Shown here: one piece after another, positions 9,710 to 18,756 of the stretch | Layout: every line of letters starts with the position of its first letter | Position numbering within the stretch: position 1 is the stretch's first letter | Assembly: GCA_963804995.1 (NCBI GenBank) | Contig: CAWDSK010000006.1 | Location: 1,344,001 to 1,408,000 of the forward strand | Length of the DNA: 64,000 bases | Source of the DNA: an uncultured Acidobacteriota bacterium | GTDB taxonomy: Bacteria > Acidobacteriota > Terriglobia > UBA7540 | Direction of reading: 5' to 3' | Made by a program: the position numbers and the translations under genes | The notes under the pieces: generated by a model | What the model was told of the DNA's origin: nothing | The model's database searches: none | The model's input: the letters and a program-made list of their open reading frames with translations, nothing else

Positions 9710-10613
9710 CTAGAGGGCAGCGCTCTTTGACAGCAGCCCCAAACCGGCCATCACCTTTTCCAGCTTGGCGCGGTTTTCAGGTCTCATAGGGACCATGGGC
9801 AGGCGGTAAACTTCCTCGATCATGCCCAGCATGGCAAGCGCGGCCTTGACGGGAATGGGGTTGGTCTCGATAAAGTTCACCTGCATCAGGGGGAGCAGTT
9901 GCGCGTTCAGCTTGCGGGCTTCGTCGTATTTGCCATCCAGCGCCAGGTGGGTGAGCCGCACCATGGGCCCGGGGATTTCGTTCGAGACGACGGAGATGAT
10001 GCCCGCACCGCCTACGGCTACGAGCGGCAAAGTGAAAGCGTCATCACCCGAAAGCACCAGGAATCCCGGCTCGAACGGCGTTCAGCACTTCCATCTGCTG
10101 CACGATGCTTCCGGAGGCTTCTTTGATTCCGATGATATTGGGAATTTTCGAAAGCCGCCCGACCGTGGCCGGTTCAATGTTCGACGCCGTGCGCCCCGGC
10201 ACGTTGTAAAGAATCACAGGCAGGGAAGTCAATTCCGCGATGGCCTTGAAATGCTGGTAGAGACCTTCCTGCGTCGGTTTGTTGTAATAAGGCGCAACGG
10301 AAAGGAGAGCCTGCACGCCCAATCCTTTGACTTCGCGCGCCAAATCGCAAACCTTCTTCGTGTTGTTGCCACCCACTCCAGGAATGATGGGGACTTTCCC
10401 GCCGGCTTCTTCCAGCACGACGCGGATCACACCCAGGTATTCACCGTCCTCGAGCGTGGGGGTTTCGCCGGTCGTGCCGCAGGGGACCAGGAAATCGATT
10501 CCTTCGCGAAGCTGAAACTGTACGAGCCGCCGCAGCGCCGGTTCATCCACGGAACCGTCTTTGCGAAAAGGCGTGACGAGTGCCGTACCACATCCACGAA
10601 TTGCGAGACTCAT
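9710..10613 (-). CDS. dapA: 4-hydroxy-tetrahydrodipicolinate synthase, +1 frameshift near 10074
   Basis: GTTGE, LYNVPGRT, IKEASG in one frame; LSGDD, ETNPIPVKAAL in the next; gccgt(t)cgagccg junction. Confidence 0.9.
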
Positions 10614-10630
10614 GAGATGACCTCCAAGAC

Positions 10631-11338
10631 CTAGCTGCCTGCTCCTAGCTCCAAGATTTCCGCGAAACTGTAGAACCCCTTCTTGCCCACCACCCAGCGT
10701 GCTGCGTAAAGCGCGCCCTCGGCAAAACCCTGGCGGCCACGCGCCGTGTGGCGAAGAACGACCGTATCCGCCTCCGAGTCAAAACCCAGCTCATGGGTGC
10801 CGGGAATGTAACCGGCGCGCACACTGGCCACAGGGATATCGCGGTCCGCAAAGTAAGGCTGGATCTGCCGAGCAACTTCGAGCGCCGTGCCCGACGGGGC
10901 GTCCTTCTTCATCTTGTGATGAGACTCGGTGAGGAAGGGATCGTACATGGGGAAGGGCGCGAAGATTTGCGCGGCCGCGCGCGCCAGGCGGTAGAACAAG
11001 TTCACACCGATGGAAAAATTGGGGGCATACACCATGCCGACGCCCGCCTGCTCAATCACCTTGCGGACCTCCGCCTGGTGCTTGTGCCAGCCGGTGGTGC
11101 CGACCACCAGGTTCACACCCAAGGCGGCGACGCGGTGAACGTTCTCAACCACGGCGTCAGACACGGTGAAATCCACGCACACGTCGATGCCTTTGAACTT
11201 TTCGCGCGTGATGCCATGGCCTTTGGCGTTGACATCAATATCCATCACGAGACGCACTTCGAAGCCGCGCTGCGGCGCAAGTTGCGCCAGCGCCTTGCCC
11301 ATTTTCCCGTAACCGAGGATGGCGAGGTTTATCATCAT
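10631..11338 (-). CDS. dapB: 4-hydroxy-tetrahydrodipicolinate reductase
   Basis: GYGKMG, GTTG, ESHHKMKKDAPSGTA. Confidence 0.95.
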   Translation of the reverse strand: MMINLAILGYGKMGKALAQLAPQRGFEVRLVMDIDVNAKGHGITREKFKGIDVCVDFTVSDAVVENVHRVAALGVNLVVGTTGWHKHQAEVRKVIEQAGVGMVYAPNFSIGVNLFYRLARAAAQIFAPFPMYDPFLTESHHKMKKDAPSGTALEVARQIQPYFADRDIPVASVRAGYIPGTHELGFDSEADTVVLRHTARGRQGFAEGALYAARWVVGKKGFYSFAEILELGAGS

Positions 11339-11352
11339 TCACCGCCGGGGCG

Positions 11353-11897
11353 GATTCACCGCAGAGGCGCGGAGGCGCTGAGAAATGCTCTTACAGGAAT
11401 TCCCTGTTGCATTGGCTATTTCCCATGAGCTTCATCGCTACTATCGTCTCCGCCTCGTTCCGAGCCCTCATCAAAGTGATTCACAATTCTTTTGATCCCG
11501 CGTCGCAGCACGGGAACATTGAAATTGATCAACAGGCCCACCGTTAAACCCGAAAGCTTCAAATACGTCAAGAGTTGGGCCTCATGGATGGGCGCCAACG
11601 CCTCAACAGATTTGAGTTCTACGACCAGCTTGTTCTCAACCACAACGTCCAAGCGATAGCCACAGTCCAGTCGGACACCCTTGTAGGCAACTGGAAGCGA
11701 CCTCTGGCGCTCAAATCCCAGACCCGCCAAACGCAACTCGTGGCACAAACATTCTTCGTAAGCTGATTCGAGCAACCCTGGACCGAGGGTTTTGTGGATC
11801 TCTATGCAGGCCCCGATGACCCGCTCGGTCAGTTGGTTGATCTGCATGGCATCCGTTCATCTTACTTCTCAGCGCCTCAGCGCCTCTGCGGTGAATC
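11353..11897. mobile_element. inverted-repeat-bounded GxxExxY cassette between asd and dapB
   Basis: 32-bp IRs at 11353-11384 and 11866-11897 with 31/32 identity. Confidence 0.6.
11416..11847 (-). CDS. GxxExxY protein (PD-(D/E)XK-like)
   Basis: [41 protein letters not shown]. Confidence 0.92.
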   Translation of the reverse strand: MQINQLTERVIGACIEIHKTLGPGLLESAYEECLCHELRLAGLGFERQRSLPVAYKGVRLDCGYRLDVVVENKLVVELKSVEALAPIHEAQLLTYLKLSGLTVGLLINFNVPVLRRGIKRIVNHFDEGSERGGDDSSDEAHGK

Positions 11898-12945
11898 AGC
11901 CCAAGTACCCTTCCGACTTCATCAGTTCCGCATTGAGCAGGGCTGCACCCGCGGCGCCGCGGATGGTATTGTGGCTGAGCGCGATATATTTGAACTGCAG
12001 CACCGGGCACTCACGCACCCGGCCCACCACGGTTGCCATGCCATGCTCAGCGTTCACATCGAATTTCGGCTGGGGCCGGTCCCGCTCCTCGCGCACAATA
12101 ATGGGATGCTTCGGCGCGGAAGGCAAGGCCCGTTCCTGCGGCAGGGAGCGATAGGCGCGCCAAGCCTCCAGGAGGTCCGGGATAGTGGCTTTGGTCTTGA
12201 GCGACACGGAGATGGTCTCCGTGTGACCGTCTTCCACCGGCACGCGGTTGCAATGCGCGCTGACCGCAAAGTCACCCATCTTCACCTGGCCATCCACCAA
12301 CTTGCCCAGAAGCCGGCGGGTTTCGCGCTCAACCTTTTCTTCTTCGCCGCCAATATAGGGAATGACGTTGCCCAGGATGTCGAGCGTCGGCACGCCGGGA
12401 TAGCCGGCGCCAGAAACCGCCTGCATGCTGGTCATCAAAACCTTCTCGAGCCCAAAGGTATGTTCAAGCGGCGCAAGCGACATCACCAGCCCCACGGTAG
12501 TGCAATTGGGGTTGGTGACAATCATGCCCTTCCAGCCGCGCTGCTTCCGCTGCTCTCGGACCAGCGCCAGGTGGTCCGGGTTAACGTCGGAAACCAGGAG
12601 CGGCACATCCTTCTCCATGCGGTAGTTCGAGGAATTTGAGACCACCACATGGCCGGCCTGTGCGAATTCCTTCTCCACTTCCCCCGCCACCTTGGAATCA
12701 AGCGAAGAAAAGATCAAGGGCGGGGCGCCCGCGGGCTTGCACTCGTGCACGGAGAGCTCCCGCGCGTATTTGGGCAAAGCCTCGCGCAGGCGCCAATTGC
12801 ATGCATCCGCGTAAGTTTTGCCCGCCGACCTTTCTGAGGCGGCGAGCCATTTGAGTTCGAACCAGGGATGATGCTCGAGCAGGCTCACAAACCGCTGCCC
12901 GACCATTCCCGTAGCTCCCAAAATGCCAACTTCAAGCTTCTTCAT
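11896..12945 (-). CDS. asd: aspartate-semialdehyde dehydrogenase
   Basis: GATGMVGQ, NPNCTT, SGAGYPG, HNTIRGAAG. Confidence 0.95.
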   Translation of the reverse strand: MKKLEVGILGATGMVGQRFVSLLEHHPWFELKWLAASERSAGKTYADACNWRLREALPKYARELSVHECKPAGAPPLIFSSLDSKVAGEVEKEFAQAGHVVVSNSSNYRMEKDVPLLVSDVNPDHLALVREQRKQRGWKGMIVTNPNCTTVGLVMSLAPLEHTFGLEKVLMTSMQAVSGAGYPGVPTLDILGNVIPYIGGEEEKVERETRRLLGKLVDGQVKMGDFAVSAHCNRVPVEDGHTETISVSLKTKATIPDLLEAWRAYRSLPQERALPSAPKHPIIVREERDRPQPKFDVNAEHGMATVVGRVRECPVLQFKYIALSHNTIRGAAGAALLNAELMKSEGYLG

Positions 12946-13000
12946 GACCCTCACTAGGGCGGATTGAATCCGCCTTTACCTTTCTGCCCCCGGATTATTT

Positions 13001-13126
13001 TAGCAGGCTGATGAAAAACGACGTAGCGGCGGGTTTACCCCGCCATCCGCGGTTGAAATCGTTGGCGATATGGCGGGGTAAACCCGCCGCTTCGTCGCAC
13101 CGTAAGGGTTTTTCAACAGCCTGCTA
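13001..13126. mobile_element. 126-bp MITE-like element enclosing a REP doublet
   Basis: TAGCAGGCTG(A/T)TGAAAAAC terminal IRs, 18/19 identical; internal inverted GTAGCGGCGGGTTTACCCCGCCAT pair at 13023-13093. Confidence 0.65.
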
Positions 13127-13224
13127 GATGTTGGATTCCAGTCAGCGATGCCGCGTTTAAGCGGTGGGCCATAAGAACGGATAATCAGAGAGGAAAAACC
13201 AGCTTTCCTGGATCCAAAATCAAT

Positions 13225-14214
13225 TCATGACTTCAAGTCACGGACCAAACGGCAATAGAGCTCGACCGCCGCCAGCAGGTCGGCCTTGCGCACGCACTCG
13301 CGCTCCGTATGCGCCACAGAAATCGAGCCCGGCCCCAGCAACAGCGGCCGCCCCCAATTCCCGAGCGAGGGCAAGTCAGTGGTAAACGCCACCACGTCCG
13401 TTTCGTACCCCTCGAGCTTTTCCATCAGGAGCAACGGCGTGTCGCGCACGAACTCAAATTCGCAGCGGCCTCCAATAATTTCCGTAATCCTCCGGCGCAG
13501 CGGCTCGGATTCCTCAACCATGCGGATCAGGATCTGCACGTGGGCTTCATCGGGCACGACATTGGCAGCGCGTCCTCCGGCGATCACTCCGATGTTCATC
13601 GTCGAAGGACCCAGCACCGGGCTGACCGGCAAGGTGAGCTTGCGCAAGTCTGCCAGCACATCCAGCAGCTTTTCGATGGCATTCACACCCAGATGCGGAT
13701 AGGCGGAATGCGCCATCTTCCCACGCGCCCGCAGATCCAGCCGCAGGATGCCCTTGGTTCCGATGACCAACTTGTTCTCGGTGGGCTCGCCATTGATGAT
13801 GTATCGCGCGCCCTGCGGATGCAGGTTGGCCTCGCGTGCGCCGTCGCTGACGGTCTCTTCCCCCACCAGGAAAAGCAGGGCGAAATCCGTCACGCCCTCC
13901 TGTTTCAGACGCTCTGCGGCCACTAACTGCGCAGCCACGATCCCCTTGGCATCGCACGACCCACGACCGTAAATGCATTCCGCGTCCTCGTGCGCAGGCG
14001 CGAAAGGAGGCACGGTATCCAGGTGCGTGCTCAGCACCACGTCCGGCTTCCCCCAACAGGCGAACACATTCGACCGGTCGCGCGAAACGGGCATCAATTC
14101 TGCCTGAAAACCCAGTTGCGCAAGGTAGTCCTTAACGAACCCGGCGCAAACTTTCTCGTGACCGGTGACCGATGCCATGTTGACCAGGCACTTTGTCAGT
14201 TCGAAAAGATCCAT
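13225..14214 (-). CDS. M20 family metallo-hydrolase (DapE/ArgE-like)
   Basis: STHLDTV, GRGSCDAKG, GEE, GEPT, AHT; heads the dap operon. Confidence 0.88.
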   Translation of the reverse strand: MDLFELTKCLVNMASVTGHEKVCAGFVKDYLAQLGFQAELMPVSRDRSNVFACWGKPDVVLSTHLDTVPPFAPAHEDAECIYGRGSCDAKGIVAAQLVAAERLKQEGVTDFALLFLVGEETVSDGAREANLHPQGARYIINGEPTENKLVIGTKGILRLDLRARGKMAHSAYPHLGVNAIEKLLDVLADLRKLTLPVSPVLGPSTMNIGVIAGGRAANVVPDEAHVQILIRMVEESEPLRRRITEIIGGRCEFEFVRDTPLLLMEKLEGYETDVVAFTTDLPSLGNWGRPLLLGPGSISVAHTERECVRKADLLAAVELYCRLVRDLKS

Positions 14215-14536
14215 GGGAAAGCCCAATTTAGACCGTCACCGAAGGGGGCGTGCGCTCACCGTTCGGGAACAATTCTGGGATCATGACCAACCGTAAGACG
14301 TTAGCCTACTACTGAAAACAGCGTCAAGCCCAAATCACGCGTCAAGCCCTGAGCGTGGCAGGTGGACCGTGTCCCACTTAGAACCATCTCGCTATTGCTC
14401 AATACTTAAACCAAAGCCCTGTGGAAGTGCAACCAACCCCCGCGTCGAAGCATCCCCTTAATGCTCGCATTTGGACTTGGAGAGTGCTAGAATTAGGGCT
14501 AGTGCGAGGCAATTGGGTTCCGTTGCAGGAGACCAC

Positions 14537-15076
14537 ATGCGCCGCCGGTGCCTTGTCATCCTTCTTCTCAGTCTTTCGTTCCTTCTTGTGTCTGCTCCCG
14601 TCTTCGCCCAGCGGGGGGGGACTGGTAGCGCTGCCCGGTCTCTTAGCGCTGGTCGCTCGTATGGAGGCTACGGCGGCTATGGCGGTTACGGGTATGGTGG
14701 CTACTCTTTCTACCCCACGTACAACTCGCCCCTGTCAGTCCCGCCCAACTACTGGTGGGTCAGCCCCTATCCCAGTGAAAACCCGTGCCAAGCCGGCTGC
14801 AATCCCAATTCTGGATACGAATGGGATAGCGTCGGGGCGCTAATCCTCGACACAAACCCACCTCAGGCGCGCGTTTCTCTGGATGGCACCTATGCGGGCA
14901 CCACCGACAAGCTTGGTCCCTTCCAACTTCCCGTCGGCGAGCACACCCTGCACATCGAAGCGCCGGGTTTCGAACCCTCCGACGTCATCGTCAAGTTCGA
15001 CAAACCGGGCGTCCAAAGCCTGAAGGTCGAACTGAAGCGTCTGACCGCTTTTGCCAAGCCCGCCCCACGCCAGTAG
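14537..15076 (+). CDS. secreted PEGA-domain protein
   Basis: AGGAG RBS, signal peptide, G/Y-rich linker, P.QARVSLDG.YAG...GEHTLHIEAPGF. Confidence 0.75.
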   Translation: MRRRCLVILLLSLSFLLVSAPVFAQRGGTGSAARSLSAGRSYGGYGGYGGYGYGGYSFYPTYNSPLSVPPNYWWVSPYPSENPCQAGCNPNSGYEWDSVGALILDTNPPQARVSLDGTYAGTTDKLGPFQLPVGEHTLHIEAPGFEPSDVIVKFDKPGVQSLKVELKRLTAFAKPAPRQ

Positions 15077-15234
15077 CTTGCCCTCACTTCTTTTGCACTG
15101 AACCCACCAGCTAAAATCGAGGTGTACTTCCGGGTTAGCGGCTTGCCCGCTTGCGGTAGAATGGCAGGCGGAAGATTCGGGCTGCAATTCAAGCAGAGTC
15201 AATCGTTAGCCAAAGTCGTCGCGTTGGAGGTCCT

Positions 15235-16581
15235 ATGCCACCCAAAGCCAACCCCGCGAACCGGCGGGGATTCTTGAAACTTGCCGGAGCGGCAGCGCTC
15301 ACGGACCCGGCGCTCGCCAAAGGCCGGGCTCCGGGATCGGCATCACTCCCTGCACCCACACTGGGCCTGCCGCCACTTAAGATTACTGACGTGCGCGTCA
15401 TCGTCACCTGCCCCGGCCGCAATTACGTGCTGGTCAAGATTCTGACGAGCGAGCCGGGGCTTTACGGCGTGGGCGACGCCACGCTCAATGGGCGAGAATT
15501 GGCCGTGGCGACGACGCTCGAAAAACATCTGGCGCCGCTGCTCATCGGGCGCGACCCCGAAGCCATCGAGGACATTTGGCAGTACCTCTATCGTGGCCCC
15601 TACTGGCGCGGCGGCCCGGTGCAGATGACGGCGCTCGCCGGGATCGATCTGGCCCTCTGGGACATCAAGGGCAAGCGCGCGGGGATGCCCGTCTATCAGT
15701 TGCTGGGCGGACGCACTCGCCACGGAGCGCTAGCTTACACGCACACCAACGGCAAAGATTTTTCGGAGGTTGAAGACGCGGCGCGGCACGCCATGGAACG
15801 CGGCTTCAAGGCGGTGCGCGCGCAGGTGGCCATTCCGGGCCTGGAAGGAACCTATGGCATCGCCGCCATGGGCGGAATCCTGCACCAATCCGACTTGCCG
15901 GAGACTGAAACTTTTGAGCCCGGACCCTACCTGCGCACCGTGCCCCGGCTCTTCGAGCACCTGCGCAAAGCCTTGGGAGATGAAGTCGAGCTGCTGCACG
16001 ACGTCCACGAAAAACTCGGACCGGTGGAGGCAGCGCGCCTGGCGAAAGAACTTGAACCCTCCCACCTGTTCTTTCTCGAAGACCCGCTGCGCCCCGAATA
16101 CAAGGAGAGCTTCCGCCTGATCCGCCAGCACTCCACCACACCCATCGCCATGGGAGAGCTCTTCAATACGCTGTGGGATTGCGTGGACCTGATCAAAGAA
16201 CAGTTGATTGATTTCATCCGCTGCGACCTGGGGCACATCGGAGGCATTACCAATGCGCGCAAAGTGGCCGCGCTGGCCGAAGCTTTTCAGGTGAAAACCG
16301 CGTGGCACGGCCCCGGCGATATCGCTCCACCGACGCACGCCGCGAATGTCCATGTGGATGTTTCCATTCCTAATTTCGGCATCCAGGAGATGGTGTTCTT
16401 CTCCGACCCGGCGAGCGAGGTCATGCCCGGCGCCCCGGAATTCAAAGATGGCTACATGATGGTCAGCGACAAGCCCGGCCTTGGAACCGATGTGAATGAG
16501 GAATTGGCCAAGAGGTATCCGTACAAGCGCGCGTATCTGCCCACGGCGCGGCGAAGAGATGGGAGCGTGCAGGATTGGTAG
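15235..16581 (+). CDS. mannonate-dehydratase-like enolase-superfamily enzyme (RspA/ManD) with Tat signal
   Basis: TCPGRNYV, DATLNGRE, YWRGGPV, HDVH, WHGPGD; NRRGFLK leader. Confidence 0.88.
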   Translation: MPPKANPANRRGFLKLAGAAALTDPALAKGRAPGSASLPAPTLGLPPLKITDVRVIVTCPGRNYVLVKILTSEPGLYGVGDATLNGRELAVATTLEKHLAPLLIGRDPEAIEDIWQYLYRGPYWRGGPVQMTALAGIDLALWDIKGKRAGMPVYQLLGGRTRHGALAYTHTNGKDFSEVEDAARHAMERGFKAVRAQVAIPGLEGTYGIAAMGGILHQSDLPETETFEPGPYLRTVPRLFEHLRKALGDEVELLHDVHEKLGPVEAARLAKELEPSHLFFLEDPLRPEYKESFRLIRQHSTTPIAMGELFNTLWDCVDLIKEQLIDFIRCDLGHIGGITNARKVAALAEAFQVKTAWHGPGDIAPPTHAANVHVDVSIPNFGIQEMVFFSDPASEVMPGAPEFKDGYMMVSDKPGLGTDVNEELAKRYPYKRAYLPTARRRDGSVQDW

Positions 16582-16628
16582 GGTGGATTAGTCCGCGAGT
16601 GTCGTACGATGCTGCTGGAAGACACCTA

Positions 16629-17169
16629 CAAACCAAAAGGCAAAGGGCAAATGTCAAAAGGCAAATGTAGATAGTACAGTGCGTATGGTCCGTAAAGGTA
16701 TGGAGGTTAAGTGGCAGAACAACGGAAGATCGGTGAGCGGTTGCTCGATTACAGCGCGCGAGTGATAAAGCTAGTAGATACTCTGCCAAAGACCCTGGTG
16801 GGAAGACGCATCGCGGACCAGTTACTTCGTAGCGCTATGTCCGCCGGCGCTAACTATGAAGAAGCTCAGGGTGCGGAATCCAAGGACGATTTCACTCATA
16901 AACTGCAGATTGCGCTCAAGGAGCTTCGCGAGTCGGGCTATTGGCTGCAATTACTTGTGCGATCCGGTAAAATCCCCATCAAAAAAATGCATCCACTCCT
17001 TGATGAATCGGATCAGTTGCGCTCGATGATATCCAAAGCGGTTGCCACGGCTAAAGGAAAGGCCAAGGCCCCGAATGAGAATCCCTAGAATGGCTCGCCC
17101 GAGACCCTTGCCCCCCGCGCAAATCGGTACCTTTTGCCTTTTGCCATTTGCCCTTTGCCTTTTGGTTTG
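16629..17169. mobile_element. inverted-repeat-bounded four-helix-bundle cassette 1
   Basis: 37-bp IRs built of CAAAAGG-like 7-mers at 16629-16665 and 17133-17169, 36/37 identical. Confidence 0.6.
16711..17088 (+). CDS. four helix bundle protein (23S rRNA IVP/Avd-like)
   Basis: GGAGG RBS; QLLRSAMSAGANYEEA, F.HKLQIALKELRES.YWL. Confidence 0.92.
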   Translation: MAEQRKIGERLLDYSARVIKLVDTLPKTLVGRRIADQLLRSAMSAGANYEEAQGAESKDDFTHKLQIALKELRESGYWLQLLVRSGKIPIKKMHPLLDESDQLRSMISKAVATAKGKAKAPNENP

Positions 17170-17899
17170 CTTTTCACCCTCCTTCGCCGTTCCGCTTTCC
17201 CAAACGGAGAAACTAAAGCCTCCCCCGCAAGACGACCGCGTTTTACAAGCGGTCGTGCAGCTTGTGTCTGTCGGTCCTGCAAACCAGCAGCAGAATCGCG
17301 CCTGCTCGGCCACGGCCTTCCTGATTGATGAACAGGGCTATCTGATTACCAATGCGCACGTGGTGGAAGACGCCAAGCGGTGCCTGGAAAAAGCGCCAGG
17401 GGCGAAGATTCTCGCCAAGCTGGCCATTACTGACTCACGAACTGCGAAGGCGGTTCCGTGCGAGGTGATCGGAATCGACGCCGCCAACGATTTGGCTCTG
17501 CTCAAGACCGAGCGGCCACTGGTTGTGAACCCGGGTGGCAAGCCAGTTTATGCCTTGCTTGATAGGCGCGAAGTGGCCGTAGGAATTGCAGTGAGGGTCA
17601 GCGGCTATCCGGCATTTTCATGGCAAGCGGTTACGCAGGCAGGCCACGTCAGATGGCGAGGCAGAACGCGGCTCGATGAAAACAATTCCTCTCTCCGCAA
17701 CTCCAGCGATGCTTTGGATATCGATATCCACCTGCGCCCGGGAAACAGTGGCAGCCCCGTGTATCGTCCCGGGGGCGGGGTGGTCGCAGTGGTTGACATG
17801 AGGAATTCCCTGCAGCCCTCACACTCTGTGGCCGTGGCGATTCACTACGCCATTGAGCTTGCGGAACGCTTCGGTGCGCCGTGGCAAGGCATAGATTAA
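17090..17899 (+). CDS. trypsin-like (S1) serine protease
   Basis: LITNAHVV, NDLALLK, PGNSGSPV triad motifs; start uncertain (17075 or 17090). Confidence 0.85.
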   Translation: MARPRPLPPAQIGTFCLLPFALCLLVCFSPSFAVPLSQTEKLKPPPQDDRVLQAVVQLVSVGPANQQQNRACSATAFLIDEQGYLITNAHVVEDAKRCLEKAPGAKILAKLAITDSRTAKAVPCEVIGIDAANDLALLKTERPLVVNPGGKPVYALLDRREVAVGIAVRVSGYPAFSWQAVTQAGHVRWRGRTRLDENNSSLRNSSDALDIDIHLRPGNSGSPVYRPGGGVVAVVDMRNSLQPSHSVAVAIHYAIELAERFGAPWQGID

Positions 17900-17908
17900 G
17901 ACCCACCG

Positions 17909-18154
17909 CTACTTAGGATGGGGCCGAATGTCGTGTAAGAGATACTCCTCACCTTCAAGGGTGAAGTAGAAGCGCCAATTGCGATTCACGCGCGCCTGCC
18001 AGAGGCCGAGCACCTCGTCGTATTTCTTGGCTCGTAATGATGGATGGCTGAGGTTTTCAAGCAGGAACCCGCATTGCTTCTCAAAGGCTTTCCGGACTTC
18101 CGCAGGTGCGGACGCATATTGGCGTAGGAACCGTTGCGAGTATCGGGCCCTCAA
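17909..18154 (-). CDS. RelE/ParE-superfamily toxin
   Basis: HPSLRAKKY, WQARVNRNWRFYF, HPK C-terminus; overlaps the antitoxin stop. Confidence 0.75.
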   Translation of the reverse strand: MRARYSQRFLRQYASAPAEVRKAFEKQCGFLLENLSHPSLRAKKYDEVLGLWQARVNRNWRFYFTLEGEEYLLHDIRPHPK

Positions 18155-18441
18155 GTTTGCGAGACTTTGCGACCGGACTTCTTCGAACGCAATTTTGCCA
18201 CTTCCTTGCGAAGCGACACCACAAGTTCCGCTTGGGTATCAAAGGGCCCGTAGGCACGGCCCTCTTTGAAGTCCGCCAGGCTCTCCGCGATACCCCGATC
18301 CACCACCGATTTCGGAGTGAACGTGATCTTTCCCCGTTCCACCCTGGCCTCCAGGAGGTCTCCGACGTTGAGGCCAATCTTCTTGCGGACGTTCCGGGGA
18401 ATGACGACTTGGTATTTATTCTTTACAGAGACGAGGGCCAT
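18151..18441 (-). CDS. AbrB/MazE-family antitoxin
   Basis: KYQVVIPRNVRKKIGLNVGDLL. Confidence 0.85.
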   Translation of the reverse strand: MALVSVKNKYQVVIPRNVRKKIGLNVGDLLEARVERGKITFTPKSVVDRGIAESLADFKEGRAYGPFDTQAELVVSLRKEVAKLRSKKSGRKVSQT

Positions 18442-18756
18442 AGTTGATTAGTTGAACAGTTCAACTCTCCACCTAAAGAATAGCAGGCCAGAATACTCTG
18501 TCAAGGGTGAACGTGCAGAATCTCATTGCTACTACTCAGTCGCAAAAACGTTCGTTCCAATCCCCTGAAGTCTGCATGGGCAAATGCTCCACGCGCTCGC
18601 CTCGTGAGCCTTTTGTCCATCCACCTCCCGCCCATGCGACCATCATATTGACGCGGCATTGGCTTAGAAGTACAGTTGGTATTCTCATCAATTGCGAGGT
18701 ATCCGCAAGTAACCCTGAACAGTCCCGCAACTCGGAGAGAAGAGAAAGGCGAGGAG

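Noticed and set aside
10040..10085. Programmed frameshift in dapA
   Set aside because: No slippery heptamer seen, and two more +1 shifts nearby point to error or decay.
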